From assembly GCF_009914755.1 (NCBI RefSeq), contig NC_060934.1: DNA of 64,000 nt; one strand, written 5' to 3'. Numbering within the stretch: the first letter of the stretch is position 1; each line of letters starts with the position of its first letter. This document shows, one piece after another, positions 1 to 14,552 of the stretch. This DNA is from the human T2T-CHM13v2.0 reference genome, Homo sapiens. The notes below the pieces were generated by a model. That model did not search any database. It had not been told where the DNA came from and saw nothing but the letters and a program-made list of their open reading frames with translations. Made by a program: the position numbers and the translations under genes.

Positions 1-429
1 ATTTGCTGTATCTGAGTCTCTCTGGAGAGGGTGGGTGGAAAGGCATTCTGGGGCAAGCAAGGCCAGCGTGCAAATTAGCACCCTGACTGGCAGAAGGCAT
101 AGGGGACAGAAGAAGCTCGTGATGCAGCAGGAGTTGGGTCAGCTGGGGGCTTGCCAATTGTCCAAAGGCCCTGCCACAAAGAACCACTTCTTTTTCCTCT
201 GTTTGAGCCCCCTCCCCTCCTCCTCCCTAATACTTCCGCCGTAACCTGTCTGCACACCCCACCAGGCATCTTGTTTTTACCTGGTTGGCCTTTCCAGCTA
301 CTGCGTATTTCATTTTGTGTCCTGACTCCTCCAGAATCCTGGGAGTGCCTCAAGGCTAGTGAAATGGCCAGGAAGGAAAAACAGCAGAGAGGAGTCAAAC
401 AGACCATGCTGCAAGCCTAACGCGACTGA

Positions 430-555
430 GTCGTGAGACCTTGGGCAGCTTAATTCCTCTGAGACTGAGTTTTTTCATCTGCAAAGAAGGAATCATTAAC
501 AGTACCTTTCTCATAGGGTGGTGTTTTAAAGATTAAAGGAGGTATTGCATGTAGA
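430..555 (+). mobile_element. MIR fragment
   Basis: Core gtgagaccttgggcagcttaattcctctgagactgagttttttcatctg. Confidence 0.65.
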
Positions 556-774
556 GACATAGATGGAAGGAAGTAAGCTCTCAGCGAGTCTTACTTGTTA
601 GTTTTCTTCTTACCCCCACCATGTGGAATGCAGCACTGAGCAGGGCCTCAGCTTCCCAAACTCAGCCAGGTGTCATTGCAGTCCTTCCCACAGACTTGTT
701 TTTCTGGCAGACACTTACATGACTGGCTTATTGCAAATACATGCACTATACTCCAAAATGCCCTTTTAGATGAC

Positions 775-938
775 TGATCCCAAACCCGGTGGCATGTCAG
801 AATCATCTGGGTAAGCTTTCTTAAAAAAAAAAAAATACGGATTCCCAGATACCACCTTACCTACCAAATCAATCTCTGGAAATGGGGCCTGGGAATCTGT
901 ACTTTTAAAATGCCCCTCAGGTGGCTCAGATCCAGCCA
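775..938. mobile_element. MER5-type hAT-Charlie fragment
   Basis: tcagaatcatctggg...ggggcctgggaatctgtacttttaa...caggtg. Confidence 0.65.
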
Positions 939-1139
939 GCAGATCACCATTTTAAAGGAAAACAGCCTTCTCTTCTTCTAAAGCTTCTTGTTGGCAAGTT
1001 TTGAGCCATCTTGTTCCATTATTCAGAACACCCCACAACGGACAATGACAAGATGTGTTTATTTTTTCATTCATTGAACACATGTTCATTAAGTGCCTCT
1101 GGTCTAGAATAACAGCTAAAAGTTTAAGCTCTGGGTCGG

Positions 1140-1838
1140 TTCATACCCACTGGGATGGCTATAAACAAAAAGACAATAACAAGTGTTGACAAGGGTGTGG
1201 AGAAACTGGAGCCCCCATACACTGCTGGTGGGAAGGTAACATGGTGCAGCCACTTTGGAAAACAGTCTAGCAGTTCCTTTAAAAAACATACGTTCTAGGT
1301 TCCTCTATCATCCCGCAGTTCCACTCCCAGCTGTATACCCAAGAGAGACGAAAACGTATGTCCATCCAAAAACTTGCTCATGCTTGGTCATAGCAGCATT
1401 ATTCATAATACTGAAAACGTGAAAACAACCCAGTTCATCAGTTGACAAAGAGATAAAGTTGATCTGTCCATACAATGGACTATTTTTTTGGAAATGGAAG
1501 TGCTGATAGATGCTACAACAGGGAGGAACCTTGCAATCATTATGCTAAATGAAACAAGCCAGCCACAAAGGACCACATATCATATAATCCTATTTATATG
1601 AAATGCCCAGAATAGGCGAATCTATACAGACGGAAGTAGATAGGACTGAGAAGTTGGGGGAAATGGGGAGTAACTGCTAACGGGTATGGGCTCTCTTTCT
1701 GGGATGATGAAATGTTCTAAGATTGTTTGTGGTGATGGTTGCAGGACTCTGTTAATGCACTAAAAACTGTCTGATTGTATACTTTAAATGGGTGAATTGT
1801 ATGGTATGTGAATTAGATCTCCATAAATTTATTAAAAG
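1140..1838 (+). mobile_element. Old L1 (L1MB/MC-like) 3' end inserted in a MIR
   Basis: ORF2 end and 3'UTR motifs (ggagaaactggagccc, tactttaaatgggtgaattgtatggtatgtgaatta); degenerate flanking repeat aaagtttaagctctg / aaagttcaggctctg. Confidence 0.85.
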
Positions 1839-1841
1839 TAG

Positions 1842-2035
1842 AAAGTTCAGGCTCTGAAGTCTGACTTCCCAGGTTGGAATCCTAGCCCTGCTATTTCACT
1901 AGTTGGGCAATTTTATGCAAGTAATATAGCCTCTCCATGCCTTAGCTTCCTCATTGTAAGATTAATTTAGTTAATATGTGAAAAAGTTTAGAAGAGTCCC
2001 TAGCCCATGGGAAGTGTTCAGTAAACATTAGCTCT
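1842..2035 (+). mobile_element. MIR
   Basis: ggaatcctagccctgcta...ctctccatgccttagcttcctcattgtaa. Confidence 0.7.
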
Positions 2036-2064
2036 TCTTGTTTTGAGCCAGCCATGTTCTAGAT

Positions 2065-2450
2065 CTGTGCTGTCCAATACAGTAGAGAATAGCACTTAAA
2101 ATGTAGCTACTCCCCACCGCCACCCCCCTCCAAAAATGTAGCTACTCTGAATTAAGATATGCTAAAAGGACCAGGCACAGTGGCTCACGCCTATAATCCC
2201 AGCACTTTGAGAGGCTGAGGCGGGTGGATCAATTGAGGTCAGGAGTTTGAGATATGCTGAAAGTATAAAACACACATCAGATTTCAAAGGCTTAGTATGC
2301 AAAGTAAAAATCTCGTTAATATTTTATAATAATTACATGCTGAAATATTTTTGATATATTGGGTTAAATAAAATTTATTTGTAAAATTAATTTTACCATT
2401 TACTCTTATGTTTTAAAATTGTGGCTACTAGAAAACTTAAAATTGCATAG
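2065..2450. mobile_element. MER33-like hAT-Charlie element, interrupted
   Basis: Terminus ctgtgctgtccaata; body gatatattgggttaaataaaa...gtggctactagaaaa. Confidence 0.75.
2168..2252 (+). mobile_element. Alu 5' fragment (about 85 nt, no tail)
   Basis: ccaggcacagtggctcacgcctataatcccagcactttg...gaggtcaggagtttgaga. Confidence 0.9.
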
Positions 2451-3540
2451 TTAACAACTAACATCATAATTAATGGTAAAAGACTGAAAGCTTTCCCCTA
2501 AGATCATGAACAAGACAAGGGTGTCTCCTCTTCTTGTCAGTTCTATTCAACATTGTGCTGGAGGGGCTAGCCAGGGAAATTAGGCAAGAAAGTGAAATAA
2601 AAGGCCAGTTTGGAAAAGAAGAAGTAAAACTATCTCTGTTGACAAATAATCTTTTATATAGAAAATACTAAGATATCTACCCCCAAGCACCAGGCTATTA
2701 GAGCTAATAAACAAGTTCAGTAATATTTCAAAATATAAGATCTGCATATAAAAATTAATTCTATATCCATATGCTAGCAATTAAAGTTTCAAAAATAGAA
2801 TTTAGAAAACTATTTCACATCTAGTAGTATCAAAAGGAATAAAGTACCTAAGCATAAATTTAACAGAAGTACAAGATGTGTACATTCAAAACTGTAAAAT
2901 ATTGTTGAAGGAAATTGAAGAAGACCTAAATAAATGGAACAACAACACATAGTTGTGAATTGGAAGGCTTAATATTGCTAAGATGGCAATATTCCCAAAA
3001 TTGATATAACAGATTCAATGCAATCCTATCAAAATTCCAACTGACTTCTTTGTAGAAGTTGATAAGCTGATCAAATGAATGTGGAATGCTTGTAAAATGC
3101 ATGTGAAAGCGCAAGGAACCCAGAATAGCCAAAACAATTTTGAATAGAAAAATAGAAGATTCATACTTCTCAATTTTAAAACGTACTACAAAGCTACAGT
3201 AATTAAGACAGTGTGGTACTTGTCTAAAGATATAGACATAGAGATCAATGGAATAGAAATGAGGGACCAGAAATAACTCTCACAGTTGTGGTCAATTGAT
3301 TTTCTTTTTTTTTTTTCCCTTAAAAACAGTGTCTCACTATGTTGTCCAGGCTGGTCTCAATCTCCCGGGCTCAAGCGATCCTCCCACCTCGGCCTCCCAA
3401 AGTGCTGGGATTTATAGGCGTGAACCACCATGCCCAACTGTCAATCAGTTATCAACCAGGATGCCAGGACCATTCAATGGTGAAAATAAGAGTCTTTTCA
3501 ACAAATGGTGCTGGTGCAAATGGAGATTGACATGCAAAGA
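2451..3540 (+). mobile_element. L1M ORF2 (RT region) fragment, split by an Alu monomer
   Basis: aatggtaaaagactgaaagctttccccta, gacctaaataaatgga, cttttcaacaaatggtgctgg. Confidence 0.88.
3300..3437 (-). mobile_element. Alu monomer (FLAM/AluJ left arm)
   Basis: T-tract followed directly by antisense left arm. Confidence 0.85.
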
Positions 3541-3699
3541 CAGGTCAGGACTACACTTCGTGTTTCCTGTGTCCGGTGTCAATGTGTGAAGCTGCCTTGG
3601 ATTAAACATCCAACGAGAAAGGAAAAACCCTCGTCTCCTCTTCCTGGGATCCCAGCCGCCAGAGCAGGGGCACCAGGCAGTACTCAGCACCACCTAAAG

Positions 3700-3980
3700 A
3701 AGTGCCTGTGCTTTGACCCGGCAATTCCACTTCTAGAACTTTACCCTACATACACACGCACACATGTGCACCACGACTTAAGTACGTGGTTATCTGCCGC
3801 AGCACTGTTCATAACAAAAAACTCTGGAGGTAATCTGTGTTCATCAGTGGGGGCCTAATTATGCTGCATCCATAAAGGACCATAATTTATATAGCAGTAA
3901 AAAAGAATGAGAAAGCTCTGTGTGTACTAATAAGGAATGATCTCTAAGATCCATCATTAAGTTAAAAAATAAGGTGCAGA
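3700..3980 (+). mobile_element. L1ME-like 3' fragment
   Basis: tttgacccggcaattccacttctag...gcagtaaaaaagaatgag. Confidence 0.65.
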
Positions 3981-4280
3981 GGCCAGGCTCAGTGGCTCAC
4001 ACCTGTCATCCCAGCATTTTGGGAGGCTGAGATGGGTGGATCATGAGGTCAGGAGTTCAAGACCTGCCTGGCCAATATGGTGAAACCCCGTCTCTACTTA
4101 AAAATACAAAAATTAGCTGGGTGTGGTGGTGCGCGCCTGTAGTCCAGCTGCTCAGGAGGCTGAGGCAGGAAAATCTCCAAACCCGGGAGGCGGAGGTTGC
4201 AGTGAGCGGAGATTGCACCACTGCACTCCAGCCTGGGCGACAGAACGAGACCCTGTCTCAAAAAAATAAATAAATAAATA
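3981..4280 (+). mobile_element. AluS, full length
   Basis: Dimeric Alu; TSD aaaataaggtgcaga at 3966-3980 and 4281-4295. Confidence 0.96.
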
Positions 4281-4334
4281 AAAATAAGGTGCAGACAGTG
4301 TTCAAAGTATGTTAATTTGTTTATCGTGTGCGCT

Positions 4335-4337
<3 letters not shown>

Positions 4338-4373
<36 letters not shown>
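4338..4373. repeat. (TG)n microsatellite
   Basis: Pure TG run. Confidence 0.95.
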
Positions 4374-4375
<2 letters not shown>

Positions 4376-6297
4376 GGAAAAGGAGTGTTTGCATAGATAC
4401 TAGATACTAGTACATTTGGTTGACTCCAGGGAGAAACTGGGTGATTTGGCAAGGGATAGGAGAGAAATGTTTATCGTACATCCCCATGTCTCTTTTGTAT
4501 CCAGAGAAATAAATGCATATTCAAAAAAAATTAATAAAAGAAACCAGCAGAGTTGTTTCACAAACTTGAATACATGTTCTTCAGCCAAGTTTGACCTGAG
4601 CTACAACAGGAACTGGAAGTCACGGGTGGCTATTTTTCCTGCAGAATTACTGTGTGAGTTACTTTACCTCTGTTCAGAAGCGGAAGTGTGGGGATGATCA
4701 GTTCCCATTCCTTTCTTGCCCCCAGGGAGGTTGAGGAACTAAAGATTCTTCAGGCTGAGCTTTGAACTCCTGGGATACTCGGCACCCTGGAGGTGATGCA
4801 GAGGGCAGCTGTTGGTGCCCACACCCTTCTGCTGTTCTTGCATGCAGCTCAGTGGGGAGGCGTTTCCTCGTGCCATCAGGAAAGTGGCCCCTTAGGATCA
4901 ATGGCACTGCCCAAGGGCTCCCCCATGTGATGGTGAGGGAGGAAGCCTGGCTCTGGCCCGGCTCTGGCCAACTCTGGCCCCAAGTTGATGTGGGAGATCA
5001 GACAGGTAAGTGAACTGTCTGTTCCAACAGTCCTCCCACAGAGCATCCCTCTTCCTAACCTCACAGGGACACCGGTGGGTGAGGATTCGCAAAGGAGAAT
5101 GTGAAGCAATCAGGCTCTGACTGGTTTCTGGGGAACACCAAACTTCCCATGAGGAAGTAAGTGGCTTACTCCCCAAACTGACTCTCTGGTCAAAAAAAAA
5201 AAAAAAGAAAAGTCTGGGAAAGGCAGGATTAACAGAGTTAACCAGGTACCTTCACTGCAGACCTTCTCGGAGCCTTAAATATGCTAAAAGCACTGGGACA
5301 TGTCAGATGTGGCTATCCCGTGTATCCTTTCCCAAACTTGTTTGACCGCAGAAGCACTTTGGAGCAAAACACCTATTAAACTCTCCTGGAATAAAGGCAA
5401 CCCATGGAGCACAGTTTGAGAAGTGCTTATTAGGTGAAAGTAGGGTAAACACAAAACACCATTCAAAGGCACAATGGTAGAGATAATGACTGCAATATAA
5501 ATTCCTGTCATTCTAACCTCCTATTCAGTTTCCCTGGCTCACAGTGCTAGGTGTTTTTAAAACTACAGACTATAAACCATTTGTGGGTAATGAAATCAAT
5601 GTAGTAGGTTACAACTAGCTTTAAAACAAATGAATTTGGATGGAACAGAAAATAACAGAGGGTATTGCATTTAACATGGGTAAGCTTTGCTTTGTGAAGC
5701 ACACATGCACACATGTATGCACTGGTTTGTGATAAAAAATGTATTTCTTACTGTGGATTATAGTCAAAACATTCAAAAAGACATTGCTCTAGAGCTCCTC
5801 TTTCAGTATTAGGGTAATTACCACGTGAGGGCTTCCCTACTTTCCCAACTGAACCTGTCTGACTGTCTGCTGAGGGCTCTGGGGACGGGGCCCCTCCCTG
5901 GCTGTGTGATTGCAGGACAGATTTTAGGATTAGCAGTGTCACCTCACTGGACCCAGAGAATGACAGAGGCCCCCTTTGTTATCCAATGTGCCCCAGAAAT
6001 GCACATTCTTTCATTCTTTTTTCAAATGCTGCTCAGCCTTCCCGACCAGAAGCAACTTTCCACCTGGGAAAAACAGGATTGTTTTTGGGGCTCAAGCTTC
6101 TAGGTTCGACTTAGACATCCAGAATGCAACTCCCATGCCTTCCATTCTGAAAACTCATTTTGACTTTGACTCTTGGACATTTCTCTTTAGCTGCTGTGTT
6201 TTTCTTTCTTAAAACATTGTGCCTGGGCATAAGTCATTTCCTTGCCCTGATTCTCATTCTCTGTGATGGGTGAGTATTGTTTAAAACTTCAGGGAGT

Positions 6298-6910
<613 letters not shown>

Positions 6911-7019
6911 CTTTGGGGGGTTTCACACTGACCAATTGGAGCAAATATCCTGGGAAGCTTTATTTATTTATTCTGTATTAGTGATTGATTGATTCTCTGT
7001 TAAGGGGTGCTTTGTCAAA

Positions 7020-7377
<358 letters not shown>

Positions 7378-8299
7378 TAATTTAGTCACTGTTCCTCCCA
7401 CTACTTCTTTGTAGTATAACTCATCTGTTTCCTTGAAACTTGAAGTGATCTGATCCAACCTTCTGTGTCTTTCAAAGGACCCGTCAAGGTTTGTAAAATA
7501 GCTTTGAGTGTTTGGAAGTAGTCCCCAAACCTGCAGAGGTCTCTGCCCAGACTCCCAAGCTTCCTGCCACCTCCTCCTTGGGTAGAAAGAGAGAGTCTAG
7601 TGTCATGAAGAGTTCAGGGAGGCTCTTCTGTGCCTTGGGAGAGCACACAGGGCCCTCTGAAGAGACCGTGACTTGCCTTCCCTATAGGTTTTGCTCAAGA
7701 CTTTCTCCTGATTTTTGCACTGAATGGCCCCGATTCCAGGAAACCCTTCCATCCCGGGCAAATCAGGTCGGTTAGTCACCCTGCTTCCCAGGCCTCCATC
7801 TGGTGGCCTTTATCCCCCACCCAGGACTCCCTGCAGCCACTCACTTGGAATCCCCCACCCTCGCGCACATGCACGCTCTCTGCTTTCCCGCTCCCTGAGC
7901 TCTGCTCCCTCATTCGCTGGCTTCAAAAGCCCCAGCTTCACTGGCATTTCTCAGTTGACTCATCCATCTTCTCAGCTAATCTCTGTGTCCCTTGAGGCCA
8001 GGGACTCTATCTTGTCATAAATTCAGCCTTGCACCCCTCAGCAGCTCCCACTGCTTGAAGGGGCGACTGGTGCCTGACTGAGTGCTGGGCAGTTGGCTCA
8101 AAATCAGGAGGGAACAGCTCCAGGGACCACCTCCTCCTCTCCTCCCTGCTCATTGCACAAACCCAGGATGCCCCCTGCCCCTCTGGAATTCTACGTGGAA
8201 GCTGTGGCCCCAGACATGAGTAGAATTAACTGAGAGTCCTCCTTTTGACTAGAACCATCAGCAGAGATGACAATGTGGACTCTGAGCCAGTCTTGCTCA

Positions 8300-8790
<491 letters not shown>

Positions 8791-9124
8791 TGTAGAACTT
8801 CCTTCACCTGCTCCACTCCCAGGTACCTTTCCTGGACTCAATCCCTGGCTCACACTCTACTGGAGGAGCAAATGTCGGCCCACCCAGTAATTTCAGGGCT
8901 GGGGGTCAGGTGGGTGGCGGAAAGGCCCAACAGCATGGTCATTCAGAAAGGATGATGTGGACAGGCCAGCCCCCTTCTCCAGCCTGAGACAGACCCTAGA
9001 ATCTGGAATTGGTGAAGGGGAAAAGATGGCCCCAAAGCAGCCTGGCAAAAGACCCCCGGCCTGGGTCTTCCCTCCTCTAGCACGTGGTCTTTGCAGAAGT
9101 CTAAACCCCAATATTAGTCTTGAG

Positions 9125-9435
9125 TTTTTATTTTATTTTTTAATTTTTATTGTGAGACAGGTCCTTGCTCTGTTGCCCAGGCTGGAGTGCAATGGCACAA
9201 TCTCGGCTTACTGTAGCTTTGATCTCCCAGGCTCAAGCGATGCTCCCATCTCAGCCGCCTGAGTAGCCGGGACTACAGGTGCATGCCACCACGTGAAGCT
9301 AATTTTTAAATTTTTGGTAGAGATGGGGTCTTGCTGTGTTGCCCAGGCTGTTCTTGAACTCCTGGGCTCAAGCAATACTCCCACATCAACCTCCCAAAAT
9401 CCTGGGATTACAGGTGTGAGCTACTATATGTGGCC
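9125..9435 (-). mobile_element. AluJ
   Basis: Antisense dimer, ctcctgggctcaag. Confidence 0.93.
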
Positions 9436-9589
9436 TGTTTTGAGTTTTTTTTTTTTTTTAATTAATTCTGAAGTGTTGCTCACCTGGAACTGGTCCCCAA
9501 AAGAGGACTTTCAGAGCCACAAATCCCTTGAAATTGACTACACAATTGTGCATGTGTGTGTGTGTGAATGCACATGCACGCTCATGTGC

Positions 9590-9830
9590 CTAATGGTTAA
9601 TGGTGTGGACTGTGGAGTCACACTCACCACGTTTGAAACCTGGCTATACCAGTTTGCAACCAGTGACACAAGTTACTCAACTTCTCTGAAGCTTTGCTCT
9701 CTCAGCTGTAAAATGGGGATAATGAGAATAACTTACCATATGGGTTGTTGATAGGATTAAATGAGTTAGTACATGTAAAGCACCTAGAACAGCACTTGGC
9801 CTGTGGTAGATATTACTGATCATTAGCTGA
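9590..9830 (+). mobile_element. MIR
   Basis: caagttactcaacttctctgaag...ctgtaaaatggggataat...ggattaaatgag. Confidence 0.85.
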
Positions 9831-9914
9831 CAAAATAATAGCTTTTGGCACATCTTCAAAAGTCAGTGTTCCAAAAGAAGGTTAAGAAACACTGACGTTC
9901 TCTTGGGGCCCGAG

Positions 9915-10160
9915 AGGCAGTATCGTGGGGTGGTTAAGAGTGTAGTAGTCCCATCCATGAACTCCGAAAGCTCTGTCAGTTTAAGCGGGGCTGGGGACAA
10001 GTAACTGTACCTCTCTAAGCCTATTAATACATCCTTAAACTGAGAGCAACCGTGGCACTCATTTCAAGAGACTTCCGTGAGGGTTAACTAGGGGGCTGGA
10101 TTTAGGGTGCTCAGCACAGCGTCCGGCAAGCATCAGTAAAGGCTCAGCAGCCATCACCAT
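9915..10160 (+). mobile_element. MIR (diverged)
   Basis: gaggcagtatcgtggggtggttaagag...caagtaactgtacctctctaagcct. Confidence 0.6.
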
Positions 10161-10929
10161 CATTTTGCTGCTGCAGGGGTTCCCAAGAGACAAGACTTCT
10201 CTATAATATCTCCTTTGCCAGCTTCCCAAAAAAAACCATCCACGAAAGCAGTCGGGAGAATGGTCCACGAAAAACTCCCTCCATCCATCCATACTGTCTC
10301 GGAAGGGATAACTTCTTCTCTGCAAGAGAGAGTTTTAACAACGACCGGCTCCCTACTGTCAGCCTCAGGGCGGAGAGAATCACTGAATCCCCTCCGAGCT
10401 AGAAATGAAGAGTCTCCCCCTTCACCTCCTCCCCTTCATCTGGCAAATGTGGCTTTCCTCTGCTTTTTCCTGGCTCCCAGAGCTCCTCCCAGCCCTGCCC
10501 TAGGTATCTCTGGGGCATCAGGGCGGCTCTGAAGACAGCTCAGGTGCCCTGGAGCCGTCAGAAGGTGCCAGAAAGTCTGACACAGTGGCTCAGGAAGGAC
10601 CTGCCTAAAAATAGAATCTCCAAATCTCAGGCCACACAGGAGTCGGAAGCCCTGATAGAGTATCGGGTGCAGCTTCCTCTCAGTGGCGGCTCCCTAAGGC
10701 CATGCCTCCCACACCTACTTAGTGCTTGCTAAAAGCAGACTCTGGGGACCAACCCCTGCCCCACCCCCCTCCCCCGGAGATTCAGCTATGGTTCTGGAGG
10801 GGGAGGCCTGAGAATCTGGAGGTGGAGGAGCATCTAGGCAATTCATGTATCAAATAAGTTACAGCATCTCTTGAATGCCTCTGGGAATGTGGAAATCACC
10901 ATTGACTGTCAAAGGTTGTGGAGAGGATG

Positions 10930-11180
10930 GAGTTAATGGTTAAGAGCGTGGACTTTAGAACCAGCAGCGGGTAGGGACCTCCGCTCTCCCAGGTGCTAGC
11001 TCAGCCACATTCAACCAGTTACTTAACTTCACTGAACTTAATTTCTCATCTGTGATCTGGGGGCAGTAATTAATTGCAGGCATCTACTTCCCAGGTGGTC
11101 AGGAGGTTTACTTAAGCCAGTGTAGATGAAAGTGCTTAGCATACGACTTGACATTGTCCTTCATAAATGGCTGTTGCTAG
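10930..11180 (+). mobile_element. MIR
   Basis: tggttaagagcgtggacttta...agttacttaacttc...tttctcatctgt. Confidence 0.75.
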
Positions 11181-11894
11181 AATAACAATAACAACAACAA
11201 CAGCAAGAAAGTAGTCTGATGTTCTTTCTTATGTTAAAAGAACATCTCCCTTTCTAAGATGTATATCCAAGGGGATTCTCTGCCCTCTGAAGCCCCACTT
11301 CCTAATCTCTTTTTTGTGACAGCCCTGCAGGTATCTGAAGGCAGGTACCACATCCCCCTTATTCTCCTCTCCCCAGTATTTTTTTCTTCCCTTTGAATAT
11401 GAGGATTCTTAAGGCTGGGTGACAACCTCCCAGGTACAATTTGAGGAAGAGGTAGAACCCTCTCCCTCAGACCCCCCAGACACCACAAATCACCCAAAGT
11501 GTCACATCTTTATTTCTAGAAAGCCCCCGGTAAAAGTGTTTGTGATGGTGACTTAATGGCAGTCAGCAGTCACTAGCACAAAACAGCTTTTGGAATGTGT
11601 TAGAAGAGGGGAGCAAGATACTCAGGAAGAGGGTCCCAGGGCAGCCAAGGTGGCTGGATCCCAAGCATCCTCCTTGCACTGAACATGTGCCTCTCTCCCC
11701 TACCCCCTCCTCATCTCCCTTCTCCCTCCTGGTGTTGAACCTGTGCCCCAAGACCTCTGAAATAACTGCCCCCACCCCACATTTTTCAGAAGGAAGGGAG
11801 AGAGAAAGGGCTGAAAACTTCCCATTGAATGGCCTTTAGGGGATGGAGGACATTGTGCATGTTTTGCAACTCTGAGAGGAGCGCAGTATCTTCC

Positions 11895-12095
11895 CATGAT
11901 GTAGAGGTTAAGTGCTCAGGCTTTGCAGAGACTGTCTTGGCACTGATCTCACATCTACCACTTAACCTCTCTAAGTCTCCGTTTATTCATCTGTTAAAAA
12001 AAGAAAGAAAGAAAAAAGAAATAATAACGAATATCCACTTCACATGGTTACATTGAGAAATAAATAAGATAATCCACATGAAAGTATCCTGCAAG
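11895..12095 (+). mobile_element. MIR
   Basis: ggttaagtgctcaggctttg...cttaacctctctaagtctccgtttattcatctgt. Confidence 0.65.
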
Positions 12096-13465
12096 CCTTT
12101 GCTACTGTGATCTCCTGCGCTGCAAATGGGAGGGTTTCACCAGCCCCAGCCAGTCTCCACAGCCGTGACAGATTTGGTTTAACGTCCTGGGAGACAGAGC
12201 TTCACACGATGTCCCCTAGAGCCTAAAGGCTGGTGGGGGGACTGGAGCAGCTGTTTGTCAATGGGGAGAGGTCAATGCTTCTGGACCAGAGGCTGGGCTC
12301 TGCCACATCCCCAACATGGAGCAGCTGCTCACATGGTACAGTTGAAGTGACGACCCCGGAGCTGCCCTTGAGCCCTTTATCACCCTGGACTTGGCCATGG
12401 CGTCTGCCCCCGCCCCCCCCACCCCTGGAAGGAGATTGTCAGTTTCCTTGTCCTTTTCTTTCAACTTGTAGCAGGAGGACACCCTGGAGGCAGGAATGGG
12501 TGTGGCTTTGCAGAAGAAGTTTTCTGGCAGCCTGGGGGGTTGCAGGAGGGGATCCTTCCTCTCCCTAACAGCCTTGAGCCAGGGACTTTAAACAACCCAG
12601 GGTGGATTTTCTTTCTGTTTGCATTTGGGCTCCGGGAAATTAAGCCTGATGTGTGGTCCTCCCAGGCCTTCCTGGAGAGGATCCCCGCCTTTCTCCCTTC
12701 CTCCCCAGCCCATTTATTGTGTAGCCCTTGTGGGCTGCTGGGTCCATCGGTGGCCAAAAACGTTTTTTTAAATCTGCTAACAAAGAATACTTCCTCTATC
12801 TCACACTACACTGAGGAACTATAAACTTTCTAACAGAAATGGGAGATCAGGAGTCAAAATATGGAACTAGAAAAAAAAATAAAAATAAAAAACCCAGACT
12901 ATTTTCTTGGAGGGTTTGCTGTAATTTGCACAAAGGGCTGAGATCTGTCTCGCAGTGACTCCTTGTTGGAAGGCAGCTGCCCCTCGTTGGGGGCAGACCA
13001 TCCTTTTCTTTCAGGTCCAGCGACTCCCTGAGGCTCTGAGCTGAGGAGAATCCCAATCATCCGCTGGGAGCCTAACCCTGCCTTTATAGATGCAGTATCT
13101 GAAGGGAAATGACTCACCTAAGATCATGGCTGACTGAACCTTACCTTTCCTCTCCCAGGAGGAGGATGTCACACCTCATGTTTCAAAGTTAGAACTGTGC
13201 GCAAATCACCACTATGTGATGTTGGATGCAACGGATGCAACTCTCTATATATAAATATATATTAGACACTACAAAATAATAGGAAAGAACAAAAATGAGT
13301 GTGCATCCAATTTGCTTCATAGAAGCCACGTTTTATTATCAGAAAGTTCAATGTAGGATGTTTTGGGGATCAAAGGGAAGCCAGCACATCCATCCTCTCG
13401 ACAAACCATCTTTACCCTAAACTGCACAGCCTGAAATTCAACCCACCTAATAAACCCACTTTTAG

Positions 13466-13894
<429 letters not shown>

Positions 13895-14552
13895 TAATGG
13901 GCATCCAAGTCACTGATGCGATTTGAAGGACTTGGAAGAGGCCGCCCTGCACCCTAAAACTCTCCCCCAGCGTGCTGGCTCTGTGTCTGAAGTTCTATCA
14001 TAGGTCCTGCTGCACATTCTTTGGTTTGGCTTTGTGTTTCTGGGGTCCCCAGAAATGGTTCCAGCGTGCCAGCTGAGCATTTGTCTACCATTAAGCCACT
14101 CAAATTCCAACTCGAATAACCACAACTTTTCCTGATTTTCCCCATTACTGTGCACTTGTTTTCTTCTAATCTGCATGGTTGGTGTTTTGCAGTGCTCTGA
14201 CAGCCAGATGTCACGTGTCTCTCTCTTGCTACCTTCAAGATGTCTCATGCGTATTAAGCAAACATGACTAAGAATGACAGTAATGCCCATTTACTTTAAA
14301 ACAACTGTTATTTTTATGTTATGATGTCCCCCTACTGTCATTATCACTATGCTTATACGATTTTACACAGGTGTAATCAAGGCTTGGAAACTGTTTTGTA
14401 TTCTTTATTTACCTGAAATTGTTTCATATGTACTTTTCCACAAATCTACTTAAACTTCCGTATTATCTTTCCTTTTTAGTTAATATTATTTTACCTCTTT
14501 TATTTTTCTTTGGAGAAGGCATCATAGCTCAAAAACTTCCTTATTATCTTTC

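Noticed and set aside
13222-13241. ggatgcaac twice in tandem
   Set aside because: Simple 9-bp slippage with no supporting context.
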